Positions 15,527-24,086 of a stretch of 32,000 bases of DNA are shown here, one piece after another. Made by a program: the position numbers and the translations under genes. The notes under the pieces are model-generated. The model saw only the letters and a list, made by a program, of their open reading frames with translations, ran no database searches and had not been told where the DNA came from. The DNA comes from Limnochordales bacterium (GTDB lineage: Bacteria > Bacillota > Limnochordia > Limnochordales > Geochordaceae): assembly GCA_036562495.1 (NCBI GenBank), contig DATCKA010000068.1, forward strand, positions 1-32,000. Reading direction: 5' to 3'. Every line of letters begins with the position of its first letter. Position 1 is the stretch's first letter.

Positions 15527-17856
15527 GGCGTCACGGGCCTTTGGAGCCGCTCCACCAGGGCCTGCCACTGCGCCTCATCGGCCAGGCTGCCGGGCCGGTC
15601 CTGTCCCAGCGCCACCATGGTAGCGGGAAAGGCCTTGACCTGGTAAGCCAGGGCCACCTGGCGGTGGACAGGGTCGTAGCGGAGGAGGATGGCCCGGCAG
15701 TCGTCGTCGAGGGCCACCCCCACCTGGGCCGACACCAGGCCGCCGAGGCGCAGGTCCCACGCGCCCTCGCCCACCAGCACCCACCGCGGCAGCACCCGCA
15801 GGTGGGCGCTCACGTCGGCCCGCTCCAGCCGGTCCTCCAGCGGGTCGTAGCGGGCACCGAGCCTCAGGCCCGCCCGGTCCGTCGCCTCCCAGGCCACCGC
15901 CGCCCCCACCTCGTCGAAGGCGTCCATCTCCGGCCGGTAGCGGCCGATGACCTCGGCCCGGCCCAGGCCGCTCGTCCAGGCCAGGCGTCCGACGATGGCC
16001 TCCCACCGCGCCTCGGCGATGCGGTACCCGGCCGAGAGGCTGCCCTCCAGCCCGTGCCCCCGTGCCCGCAGGGAGCCGGTCGCGAGGCCCCAACGTTGCA
16101 GGACGAGATCATAGGTGGCCGACAGCGAGGCCCTGAGCGGCCTGCCCTCTCCCGCCACCCCCGTCAACGTCAGCGTCTCCTCGTCATCGACCTGGTCGAA
16201 GACGAAGGGCGACCGGCCCGAGCCCAACGGGACCTCTAGCCGATAGACGCCCTGCAGGTAGGCCGAGCGTCCGGCCGGCCACCGGGCCGATGCCGACGTC
16301 GTCACCGACACCTGGCGGTCGCCGCCCAGGTACGCCGCCCCGCTGAGCGCTCCCCGGGCCTCTAGCTGCCACGCCCCGAGGCGCGCCGGCCCCGCCTGCA
16401 GGCGGAGCGCGCCCATGGCTCGCCCGTCGGCCACGGCCTCATCGAGGCTGGCATCTCCCTCGGCCGGCCGCACCTCCTCGTAGCGCCCCACCGAGGCCTC
16501 GGCCTCCAGCCGGACGCCCCCCTCACCTCCCCAGGCGCCGAGAGGCAGCCGGGCCGTCAGCTCCGGGAGGGCCGTCACGCTCCGCCACTCGGTGGCTGCG
16601 GCCGGGTCGTCGAACCGGTCGGGGTGCGTCGTGTGGGAGGCCGAGAGGGCCACCTGCGCTTCGCCCAGCCGACGCGCCAGCGTCGCCGCCATGTCCCAGG
16701 CGTCACCGGGCACCTGCCCGGGCGGGGCGGAGTAGAGATCCCAGCGGCCCGCCACCGACAGCCGCCATGGGCCCTCGCCGGGCGTCTCGAGCTGGAGCTT
16801 CCCTGTCGTAGCCCCCTGCAGGGGCCCGCCCTGGCCCTCTGCCGGCAGCGTGCCCTGGCCTCGAGAGGCGATGGAGAGCCCCCATTGGGGGATAGAGCCG
16901 GCCAGCGTGGCCTCGCCGTGGTAGAGAAGGCCTTGCCCCGAGGCTCGCCGGGCGCCCTCGGCGCGCCACGAGAGCCGTCCGTCGCCTGCCACCAGCTCGC
17001 CCTCTGCACCCGCCCGCAGGTCCGGTGGGGAACCGTCAGGGCCACGCAGCGTGCCGCCCATCCAGATGGCGGCCCATGTGTCGCCGTCGTCGTAGAGCGC
17101 CTGGTACAGCTCGAGCCCGGGGCCGAGCCGCTGGAAGTAGTCGATCCCGACGTAGCCGTAGGTCGCACCCGGTCCCATGTAGGGGAAGCGAGACCGGACG
17201 TACCATCCCTCCCGCGCCCCGTAGCCCACCTCGGGCGGCACCAGTCGCCCGGCCCGCGGGTTTTCGAGGGAGAAGTGGAGGTACGGCCAGTAGAAGAGGG
17301 GGATGCCGCTCTCCCAAAAGACGGCGTGATGGGCCGCCACGTCCTTGCCGGGACGTACCTCCAGGCTTCGCACGGTCACCCGGTAGTGGGCCAGCTCCAT
17401 GGGCAACGGACAGGTCGTCAGCACGGCACCCGACGCCCGGATCTCGGTCGCATCGCCCTCCATGCCGGTCGCCTCCATGAAGACCGGCCCCTCGACGCCC
17501 TCGGCCTCGAAGCGCGCGCGGGCCTCCTGCACACTCACCTGGCCGGTGCGCAGGTCCACCCGTGCCGTGTCGCCCTCCAGCACCTGCCCCGGCCGCCGGG
17601 CCCGGACCTGGCCGTAGAAGGCGATGACCCGCTCGACGTCGTCGTAGACGGCCTGGTGCGCCTCCACCTCCAGCTCGCCCTGGACGAAGCGCACCCCTCC
17701 CTCGGCCTGCACCCGGGGAGGCGCGATGGCGGCCACGGCGCCGTCGGCCAGCTCCAGGCGCCATGCCTCTTCGGCTGCCGCCGTCCCCGGTGCTGCGCCG
17801 GCCGCCAGGGCCACAGCCAGGGCGAAAGCGGCCGCGACGCCGAGCCGGGCGTTCAT
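15523..17856 (-). CDS. lptD: LPS-assembly outer-membrane protein LptD (OstA family)
   Basis: 777 aa from ATG 17856, which forms an ATGA overlap with the lptF stop (an ATG at 17865 is also possible). The signal peptide is MNARLGVAAAFALAVALAAGAAPGTAAA. An N-terminal OstA-like jellyroll follows (VQAEGGVRFVQGELEVEAHQAVYDD...ARVDLRTGQVSVQEA, TTCP). The rest is ~550 aa of Gly/aromatic-rich alternating sequence consistent with a large barrel. The upstream 309 codons of the track ORF overlap lptF out of frame. Confidence 0.7.
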   Translation of the reverse strand: MNARLGVAAAFALAVALAAGAAPGTAAAEEAWRLELADGAVAAIAPPRVQAEGGVRFVQGELEVEAHQAVYDDVERVIAFYGQVRARRPGQVLEGDTARVDLRTGQVSVQEARARFEAEGVEGPVFMEATGMEGDATEIRASGAVLTTCPLPMELAHYRVTVRSLEVRPGKDVAAHHAVFWESGIPLFYWPYLHFSLENPRAGRLVPPEVGYGAREGWYVRSRFPYMGPGATYGYVGIDYFQRLGPGLELYQALYDDGDTWAAIWMGGTLRGPDGSPPDLRAGAEGELVAGDGRLSWRAEGARRASGQGLLYHGEATLAGSIPQWGLSIASRGQGTLPAEGQGGPLQGATTGKLQLETPGEGPWRLSVAGRWDLYSAPPGQVPGDAWDMAATLARRLGEAQVALSASHTTHPDRFDDPAAATEWRSVTALPELTARLPLGAWGGEGGVRLEAEASVGRYEEVRPAEGDASLDEAVADGRAMGALRLQAGPARLGAWQLEARGALSGAAYLGGDRQVSVTTSASARWPAGRSAYLQGVYRLEVPLGSGRSPFVFDQVDDEETLTLTGVAGEGRPLRASLSATYDLVLQRWGLATGSLRARGHGLEGSLSAGYRIAEARWEAIVGRLAWTSGLGRAEVIGRYRPEMDAFDEVGAAVAWEATDRAGLRLGARYDPLEDRLERADVSAHLRVLPRWVLVGEGAWDLRLGGLVSAQVGVALDDDCRAILLRYDPVHRQVALAYQVKAFPATMVALGQDRPGSLADEAQWQALVERLQRPVTP

Positions 17857-18950
17857 GCCGCCCATTCCGCCCTGACGTAGAGCCACGCGGCGGCCGCCAG
17901 GCACAGCACGTTGGGCAGCCACGCCGCCAGCAGCGGGTCCATCGCACCCGAGTTGCCCAGTGAGCGGGAAAGCGCGAAGACCACGTAATAGAGCAGCGCC
18001 AGTCCCAGGCTGGCCGCCATCCCGAAGGCCCGCCCGCCGCGCCGCCCGTAGAGGCTCAGGGGCAGCCCCAGCACAGCCAGCACGAGATTGGAGACCGGCA
18101 GCGCCAGCTTGAAGTGGTAGTCGACCATCATGGCCCGCGCCACCACGCCGGCCTGGCGCAGCCGACGGATCTGCTCGCCCAGCTCCCGCCGGCTCATCTC
18201 CTCGGTGCGCTTCTGGGAGCCCAGGTAGTCTTCGGCCGGCTCGGGCAGCGTCAACTCGTAGCGCGCCATGGCCGATTCGAGCTGGACGAACCCGTCCCGG
18301 TCCAGTTGCTTCATGGTGACGCCCTCGAGGTGCCAGGTGCGGCCTTCGTACCAGCCCTCCCGGGCGGTGTAGATCACCGGGAAGGTGCCGGGGCGCAGCT
18401 CGTAGACGATGACGTCGAAGAGATGGCGGCTGGCGCGGTCGACGCGCCGCACGTAAAACCACTGGTGGGGCGAGCCGCGGAAGAAGACGTTGTCGGAGAT
18501 GGCCGGCACCGGGTCGGCCTGAATCGCTCGGCGCAACTCCACCTCGTAACGATGGTTGGCGACGGGCACCACGTACTCGTTGAGCAGGTACGCCCCCACG
18601 CTGATGGCCGCGCCCAGCACGACGATGGGCATCCCGATGCGAAGGACGCTCAAGCCCGAGGTGCGCATCACCGTCATCTCGCCGTCCCGCACCAGGCGGC
18701 CGGCCGACAGCAGGGTGCCGAAGAGCGAGGCGATGGGCAGGGCGATGGACAGCGCCTCCGGCAGCTTGAGCGCCAGCAGCCACAGCGTGGTGGCTGCCGA
18801 CGCCCGCTGCACCACCAGCATGTCGGTCAGCTGGAAGATGGGTCCCGTCAGCAGCAGGACCAGGAAGCCCGCGGCCGTCGCCGCGAAGGGCCCGATGAAC
18901 TCAGCGGCGACGTAGCGGTCGAGGCGACGGATCCGCAGCGGCGGCGGCAC
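17853..18950 (-). CDS. LPS export ABC permease, LptF/LptG (YjgP/YjgQ) family
   Basis: The N-terminus RRLDRYVAAEFIGPFAATAAGFLVLLLTG is the family hallmark. It has six hydrophobic helices with a ~130-aa periplasmic insert between helices 3 and 4. GTG start at 18950. I cannot tell F from G. Confidence 0.85.
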   Translation of the reverse strand: MPPPLRIRRLDRYVAAEFIGPFAATAAGFLVLLLTGPIFQLTDMLVVQRASAATTLWLLALKLPEALSIALPIASLFGTLLSAGRLVRDGEMTVMRTSGLSVLRIGMPIVVLGAAISVGAYLLNEYVVPVANHRYEVELRRAIQADPVPAISDNVFFRGSPHQWFYVRRVDRASRHLFDVIVYELRPGTFPVIYTAREGWYEGRTWHLEGVTMKQLDRDGFVQLESAMARYELTLPEPAEDYLGSQKRTEEMSRRELGEQIRRLRQAGVVARAMMVDYHFKLALPVSNLVLAVLGLPLSLYGRRGGRAFGMAASLGLALLYYVVFALSRSLGNSGAMDPLLAAWLPNVLCLAAAAWLYVRAEWAA

Positions 18951-18968
18951 CGGCTCCCTGCGCCCTCC

Positions 18969-19886
18969 TCACCGCAGGGCCGCGATGAGCCCGATCTGGT
19001 GGATGCCGCCGTAGGCCGGGCCGCCGAGGAAGGCGTAGCTGACGGCCCAACGCTTGCCCGGCTCCTCGACGCCGGCTCCCAGCAGGAAGCCTTCGCCACG
19101 GGACGAGCTCTCGTAGCCCAGGCGCAGGGCCACGGGAGCCGCCGGGTACAGCCGGGTCTCCAGGCGCACCGTGCGGCCCGTGCTGACGTCCAGCAGGTCC
19201 AGGGCATTGGCCTCCAGCACCAGGTAAGCGTTGGCCTCGTAGGCGATGCCCACGCCCAGGGCCGGTGACCTCGCCTCCGCCCACTGCTCGGCAGAGCCGC
19301 CGACGCCGACCTGGCGCACCTCCAGCAGCGAGTCGAGCCGCGCGGATGCGGACACCCGATCGCTCAGCGCCGAGATGAGGCCGATGTCGACCCCCAGGTA
19401 GTGGTCTTCGCGAGGTCGGCCGGAGCCTGGCATCTCCCCGCGGACCCGCCGGTAGTGCCCCGCCACGCCCAGGGCCCAGTCGGGCCCCATGCTCATGGCG
19501 TACCCGTAGCCTACGCCCAGCTCCGTCACCGATGATGGCAACGAGCCGACAAGAGCGTCTCGCCCGCCGTGCGAGACCCACAGCGCCCAACCCTCGCCGT
19601 CGGCTCCCTCCGCCCAGCCGACCGTGTGGACGAAGGACGCCGCGTCCCCGACGGTGCCGTCCCTCACGGTGACGGCCGCGCCCCACCGCCCGCCCTCCAG
19701 CAGGGCAGGCCCGGCCGGATTGGCCAGGGCCCGAAAGGGGTCGTCGGGAGCCGCCTGGGTGGCCAGCGCCTCGAAGAGCGCGGCCTGCGGCGGTGCGGGG
19801 GGCACCGCCTGGCCGGCGAGCGCAGACGTGACGCCCCCGCCGAGGAGCCATGCCCCCAGCGTCCATGAGACGAGCCCTACGCCCAT
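18969..19886 (-). CDS. Hypothetical exported protein, predicted outer-membrane beta-barrel
   Basis: 305 aa from ATG 19886 (the track TTG 19937 would overlap the upstream gene). The signal peptide is MGVGLVSWTLGAWLLGGGVTSALAGQ. The mature part shows amphipathic alternating stretches (ELGVGYGYAMSM, ALGVAGHYRRV, YLGVDIGLISAL, ALGVGIAYEANAYLVLEA, VALRLGYES). An N-proximal ALANPAGPAL motif is also present. I did not recognise a family. Confidence 0.5.
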   Translation of the reverse strand: MGVGLVSWTLGAWLLGGGVTSALAGQAVPPAPPQAALFEALATQAAPDDPFRALANPAGPALLEGGRWGAAVTVRDGTVGDAASFVHTVGWAEGADGEGWALWVSHGGRDALVGSLPSSVTELGVGYGYAMSMGPDWALGVAGHYRRVRGEMPGSGRPREDHYLGVDIGLISALSDRVSASARLDSLLEVRQVGVGGSAEQWAEARSPALGVGIAYEANAYLVLEANALDLLDVSTGRTVRLETRLYPAAPVALRLGYESSSRGEGFLLGAGVEEPGKRWAVSYAFLGGPAYGGIHQIGLIAALR

Positions 19887-19902
19887 GCGGCGAAGAGCCC
19901 TG

Positions 19903-20574
19903 TCACGGCATCGAACGGATGATGATGCCCGCCACAACGTCGAGCGCCCCCCTGTCCCGCACGCCGATCCCCACGGTGAAGTTGGGTCCGAACTGGAAGT
20001 TGACGCCGCCTCCCAGCGACGTGCCGTCGTAGTCGATGCCGACCGCCACGACGGGCCTCGGCAGGCTGCCGGGGCGCCTCACGGTCACGGGGTTGAGCAG
20101 GGCGTCGAGCCCGGCGAACGCGGACAATCGCTCTTGCCCGCCGGACCGGATGCCGGCGTGCACCCGCAGCAAGGGGCCCGGTAGCCGGTGGCTCGCCACC
20201 AGATAGCCCTCATCGCCCTCGATGCCCACGGCCACCGCCGGCACCGGTCCCTCCTCCTCCAGCAGCCGAAAGCGTGCCAGCAGCCCCAACGGGGCCTCGT
20301 CGGTGGACGCATCGGATGCCAGCGTCAGCCCCAGCTCCAGGGCGTCCGTCAACTGGTAACGCAGGAAGCTGAAGATCCGCTCGCCGGTCATCACGTTGAG
20401 ACCGGCGGTAAACTGGCCGGCCGGGCCGGTGTCGGCCGTGGGCACGTTGACCATGGCCGTGGTGCGGCTGCCGGCCAGGGTCTCGGCTCGGGTGACCTGC
20501 GCCCCCCACGGCCACGTCCCCACCAGCAGCGCCAGCACCGCCACCGTCGACCAACGCCTCATCCGTGTCACCAT
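19903..20574 (-). CDS. Hypothetical exported protein, predicted small outer-membrane beta-barrel
   Basis: 223 aa from ATG 20574 (alternatives are GTG 20589 and ATG 20562). The signal peptide is MVTRMRRWSTVAVLALLVGTWPWGAQV. Alternating beta-like stretches include FTAGLNVMTG, FSFLRYQL, LELGLTLA, AVAVGIEGDEGYLVA and LGGGVNFQFGPNFTVGIGV. I did not recognise a family. Confidence 0.5.
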   Translation of the reverse strand: MVTRMRRWSTVAVLALLVGTWPWGAQVTRAETLAGSRTTAMVNVPTADTGPAGQFTAGLNVMTGERIFSFLRYQLTDALELGLTLASDASTDEAPLGLLARFRLLEEEGPVPAVAVGIEGDEGYLVASHRLPGPLLRVHAGIRSGGQERLSAFAGLDALLNPVTVRRPGSLPRPVVAVGIDYDGTSLGGGVNFQFGPNFTVGIGVRDRGALDVVAGIIIRSMP

Positions 20575-20578
20575 GCCG

Positions 20579-21616
20579 TCACCCGCCACCCTCCTCCAGG
20601 CGCGCGACGCGTCGTTCCAGCTCGCGTAGTTGCTGCATCAGCTCCGGCAGCCTGCGGGAGGCCGCCCAGACCCTCAGGGCCTGGGCATGGGGCATGGCCG
20701 GCTCGCCGGCCACCCGGGCACGGGGAGGTACGTCGTCGATGACCATGGCCCGCGCGGCGACGACAGCTTCCTCCCCGACGCGGACGTGGTCCCGGATCCC
20801 CGCCTGCCCGGCCAGGATCGCCCTCGCCCCGATGCGGGCCGACCCGGCGATCCCCGCCTGCCCCACCACGATGGCGTGAGGCCCGATGCGCACGTTGTGG
20901 GCGATCTGCACCAGATTGTCGATCTTGGCGCCGTGCCCGACCACGGTCGCTCCGCAGCTGGCCCGATCGATGCAGACGTTGGCGCCTACCTCTACATCGT
21001 CTTCGATGACGACGGTGCCGATCTGCGGGCGACGGCGGTGACGGCCGTCGTGCGTCGTAAAGCCAAACCCCTCGGAGCCGATGACGGTGCCCGCGCCGAT
21101 CACGACGCGGTTGCCGATCCGCACCCGCTCGCGGATGACGGCGTTGGCGTGGATGATGCATCCCTCGCCCACGATGACGTCGTCGGCGATGACCGCTCCC
21201 GGGAAGACGATCGAGCCCCTGCCCAGCCGGGTCCGCTCTCCGATGTAGGCCCGAGCACCGACCCGGACATCGGGCCCCAGGGACGCCGTGGCCGCCACCG
21301 TGGCGGTGGGGTGTACCCCGGGCTCCGGGAGCCAGGGCTCGGGTGCGAAGAGCTCCATCAAGGCATCGAAGGCACCTCGGGGATCGGCCACCTCGATGCA
21401 CGGGCGCCCGGGCACGGCACCCCCGACCGGCACCACCACGGCCCCTACCGGCCGTTCGCCGATCTCCTCCCAGTAGCGCGCCGACGTCGCCAGCGTCACG
21501 TCCGATGGGCCCGCCTGGTCGGCGGGCGCCACCCCCGTGACGACGGCGGCAGGGTCGCCTCCGACCAGGCGACCCTGCACGTGTCGGGCGATCTCAGCCA
21601 GGGAGAGGCATCGCAT
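20579..21616 (-). CDS. lpxD: UDP-3-O-acylglucosamine N-acyltransferase LpxD
   Basis: 345 aa from ATG 21616. The N-terminal uridine-binding-type domain reads LSLAEIARHVQGRLVGGD. Long hexapeptide repeats follow (HPTATVAATASLGPDVRVGARAYIGERTRLGRGSIVFPGAVIADD...). The sequence GFGFTT...IGTVVIEDDVEVGANVCIDR is typical of LpxD, and a C-terminal helix ends the protein. Confidence 0.9.
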   Translation of the reverse strand: MRCLSLAEIARHVQGRLVGGDPAAVVTGVAPADQAGPSDVTLATSARYWEEIGERPVGAVVVPVGGAVPGRPCIEVADPRGAFDALMELFAPEPWLPEPGVHPTATVAATASLGPDVRVGARAYIGERTRLGRGSIVFPGAVIADDVIVGEGCIIHANAVIRERVRIGNRVVIGAGTVIGSEGFGFTTHDGRHRRRPQIGTVVIEDDVEVGANVCIDRASCGATVVGHGAKIDNLVQIAHNVRIGPHAIVVGQAGIAGSARIGARAILAGQAGIRDHVRVGEEAVVAARAMVIDDVPPRARVAGEPAMPHAQALRVWAASRRLPELMQQLRELERRVARLEEGGG

Positions 21617-21620
21617 GGCG

Positions 21621-22208
21621 TCAGCGACCGGAGGAGGCGTCGCCCGCCACCTTGACGCCCAGCTCGCGCAGCACCTCGTCGGTGGCGTCGTAGCCGCCCC
21701 AGATGACCAGGTTCTTGTCGAGGACGACCTCGAGGCCCAGGCGCTGGGCCACCTTGCCGATGGCTTCGCGCACCTTCGGCAGGCGGGCATCGAGCATCTC
21801 CTGCTTGCGCTTGTCCAGCCGCTGCTGGTACTGCATGAAGAGCTGCTGCTTCTCGTCCCGGATCTGGGTGGCCAGGCGCTCGCGCTCCTGCTCGTCGAGG
21901 CCCTTGGCGCGCTCCTCCAGCTGCTTGTCGAGCTTGGCCAGCTCCTTGTCCAGCTCGGCCTGGAGCCGCTCCGTCTCCTGGCGCAGCGGCTCGCTCAAGG
22001 TGGGCTCCAGGTACTCACGCGCCACCCGGTTGACGTCCACGTAGCCGATGACGCTCTCAGGCTTGGCCGATGTGGCGCTCCAGACGGCCAGGCCTGCCGC
22101 CAGCACCAGCAGCGCTGCCCCGATGATGATCCGCACCCTCTGCGGCAGCGCCCCCAGCCTGCTTACCCACTCCATCGCCGTCCCGCCTTCCCAAGTCCCT
22201 TGATGCAT
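21621..22208 (-). CDS. skp: OmpH/Skp-family periplasmic chaperone
   Basis: An N-terminal hydrophobic segment is followed by ~120 aa of K/E/Q/R/L coiled coil (LRQETERLQAELDKELAKLDKQLEERAKGLDEQERERLATQIRDEKQQLFMQYQQRLDKRKQE). It occupies the canonical position between bamA and lpxD. An alternative ATG at 22175 has a GGGAAGG motif upstream. Confidence 0.7.
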   Translation of the reverse strand: MHQGTWEGGTAMEWVSRLGALPQRVRIIIGAALLVLAAGLAVWSATSAKPESVIGYVDVNRVAREYLEPTLSEPLRQETERLQAELDKELAKLDKQLEERAKGLDEQERERLATQIRDEKQQLFMQYQQRLDKRKQEMLDARLPKVREAIGKVAQRLGLEVVLDKNLVIWGGYDATDEVLRELGVKVAGDASSGR

Positions 22209-22215
22209 GCGCCGG

Positions 22216-24000
22216 CTAAAACTGCTGACCGATGCTGAAGTTGAACCGACCCGGCTCGTGCGGGCTCATCCCGTAATCCAGCCGGATCATGCCGAGAGCC
22301 CCGATGTCGATGCGCAGGCCGAAGCCAGCGTCCCACTTGAGCTCGCTCAGGTCCACCGGCTGGCCCTCATCCCATGCCTGCCCGGCGTCGAGGAAGAGGA
22401 CCCCCGAGATGGGCTTGTAGATGGGGAACCGGTACTCCACGTTGGCCAGCAGCATGGTGTCGCCCACGATGTCGTGAACGTCGTACCCGCGCAACCCGTC
22501 GGCCCCGCCGAGCCGGAAGCGCTCCTGGTCCGGCGTCTGGTCGGTGTCACCCGTCGCGATGAGCCTGCCGACGCTCAGCCGCCCGGCCAGGACATGCCGG
22601 CTGTCGCGGATGGTGACGGGGACGTAGTGCGAGTAGCTGCTCTCCGCCTTGACGAAGTGGAAGTCGCCCCCGAGCCCCGCCACCTCGCCGGAGAGCCGCA
22701 GTCGATACCCCGTCGTCGGATTGTAGGGATGGTCGCTGGTGTCCGTCACGGTGCTGAGCCCCACGCTGCGAAGCGTGCCGGTCTGGGTGGGCCCGCTGCC
22801 TGGCTGGTCGACGAGGGGCGCGGCGGTCACCCAGTTGGCAAAGGTCAGGTAGCCTCGCGTGTACTCCGACAGGGGCCGCCCCAGGGTCAGCTCGCCGCCG
22901 TAACGCCGATCCCAGTACCACGTGTCCTCCGCGTCGGGGGCCAGCCGCTTGGTCTGCTGCCAGCCGATCCGCACGCCGAGCGACGTCCCGCTGGCGTCCA
23001 GGTACGGCTCCGTGAAGCTGATGTGGTAGCGCTGCGCATCGGGCCCATAGCTGAGGGTGAGCCCCACCTGCTGGGCCCGGCCCAGGAAGTTGCCGTCCGA
23101 GATCTCGACGAAGCCCGCCAGGCCCTCCCCGACGGTGTAGGTCATACCCAGCTGCACGTTGCCCGTGCGGCGCTCCTTGACCCGCACCACCACGGCCACC
23201 TCGTCGGGCCGCTCCGGCACCTCGCGCAGGTCGGCGTTGACCTCTTCGAACAAGCCGAGCATCAGCACGCGACGCAGGCCCAGCTCGAGGTCGCTGCGGA
23301 CCAGCACCTCGCCGGGCTCCATGCGCAGCTCCCGGGTGATGACGTAGTCCCTGGTCTTCTCGTTGCCCTCGAGATCGATGGCCCCGACCTTGACCGGCAC
23401 CAGGGCCACCCGCAACGTGCCGTCGTCCTCGAGCTGCAACCGCGACGGCATCACCAGCACGCCGAAGCGCTGCCAGACGAGGGCGGGCAACTCCTGCACC
23501 TCGCGGGCGACGGTGGGGCCGTGCACCACCTGGCCCGCGGGCAGCTGCAGGAGCGCGACGACGTCGTCGGCCTGCACCTTCTGGCGCTCCAGCACCGGCG
23601 CCAGGTCATCCGAGGGCTCCAGCACGACCCGGCGCAGGACCGGGTTTTCGACCACCGAGAAGACGACCCGTACCAGCTGGGGGCCGTTGCCGTCACGTCC
23701 CGTGGAGAGGCTCTGGATGTCCACCGAGACGCTCTTGAAATAGCCCAGGTCCAGGACGGCCTGCATGTCGGCCTGGACGTCCTCCCGGCGGAGCGGCTTG
23801 CCGGGTTGGGTCCGGGTGATGGCGTCGAGGATGGTCACCGCCTCGATCTGGTCGTTGCCGCTCACCACCACCGCCCTCACCTCGGCCTCGGGCATCTCGG
23901 GTTGGGTGGCGGCCTGCACCCCCTCGAGGGAGGCCAGCGCCAGCAACAACAGCGAAGCGAGGATCAGTCGGGATTGCAACTTCGCCCGGCGTGCATGCAA
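22216..24000 (-). CDS. bamA: Outer-membrane protein assembly factor BamA (Omp85 family)
   Basis: A signal peptide is followed by POTRA-like repeats (VVVSGNDQIEAVTILDAITRTQPGKPLRREDVQADMQAVLDLGYFKSV...). The C-terminal barrel carries RLGGADGLRGY and LANVEYRFPI, and ends with the terminal beta-signal GRFNFSIGQQF. The TTG start at 24000 has a GGAGGTG motif 10 nt upstream. Confidence 0.9.
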   Translation of the reverse strand: MHARRAKLQSRLILASLLLLALASLEGVQAATQPEMPEAEVRAVVVSGNDQIEAVTILDAITRTQPGKPLRREDVQADMQAVLDLGYFKSVSVDIQSLSTGRDGNGPQLVRVVFSVVENPVLRRVVLEPSDDLAPVLERQKVQADDVVALLQLPAGQVVHGPTVAREVQELPALVWQRFGVLVMPSRLQLEDDGTLRVALVPVKVGAIDLEGNEKTRDYVITRELRMEPGEVLVRSDLELGLRRVLMLGLFEEVNADLREVPERPDEVAVVVRVKERRTGNVQLGMTYTVGEGLAGFVEISDGNFLGRAQQVGLTLSYGPDAQRYHISFTEPYLDASGTSLGVRIGWQQTKRLAPDAEDTWYWDRRYGGELTLGRPLSEYTRGYLTFANWVTAAPLVDQPGSGPTQTGTLRSVGLSTVTDTSDHPYNPTTGYRLRLSGEVAGLGGDFHFVKAESSYSHYVPVTIRDSRHVLAGRLSVGRLIATGDTDQTPDQERFRLGGADGLRGYDVHDIVGDTMLLANVEYRFPIYKPISGVLFLDAGQAWDEGQPVDLSELKWDAGFGLRIDIGALGMIRLDYGMSPHEPGRFNFSIGQQF

Positions 24001-24010
24001 TGGGGCCGGT

Positions 24011-24017
24011 CACCTCC
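24011..24017 (-). promoter_or_regulatory. Shine-Dalgarno site GGAGGTG for the bamA TTG start
   Basis: The reverse complement of cacctcc lies 10 nt upstream of TTG 24000, within the 86-nt tamB-bamA spacer. Confidence 0.5.
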
Positions 24018-24086
24018 GCCTCTCGCCATGCGTCTTTCGGGGCCTGCCGTGGCGCTCCTCTTGTCAGTTGAGCCTTGGGATGTCAC

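Noticed and set aside
15523-18783. Taking the longest ORFs at face value (1086-aa LptD, 741-aa MsbA, 631-aa LpxB paralogue, 407-aa LptB, 403-aa LpxD, 362-aa LptA-like, 332-aa LpxI).
   Set aside because: The N-terminal extensions overlap the upstream genes out of frame and are Arg/Gly/Pro junk. Each gene has an internal ATG, GTG or TTG placed exactly at, or 4 nt from, the upstream stop, followed by a sensible N-terminus (a signal peptide or a conserved motif).
24024-24054. Imperfect inverted repeat CGCCATG...CGTGGCG just downstream of the tamB stop, considered as a possible terminator.
   Set aside because: The stem has mismatches, the loop is long and there is no U-tract. The bamA SD and start follow immediately, so read-through is more plausible.
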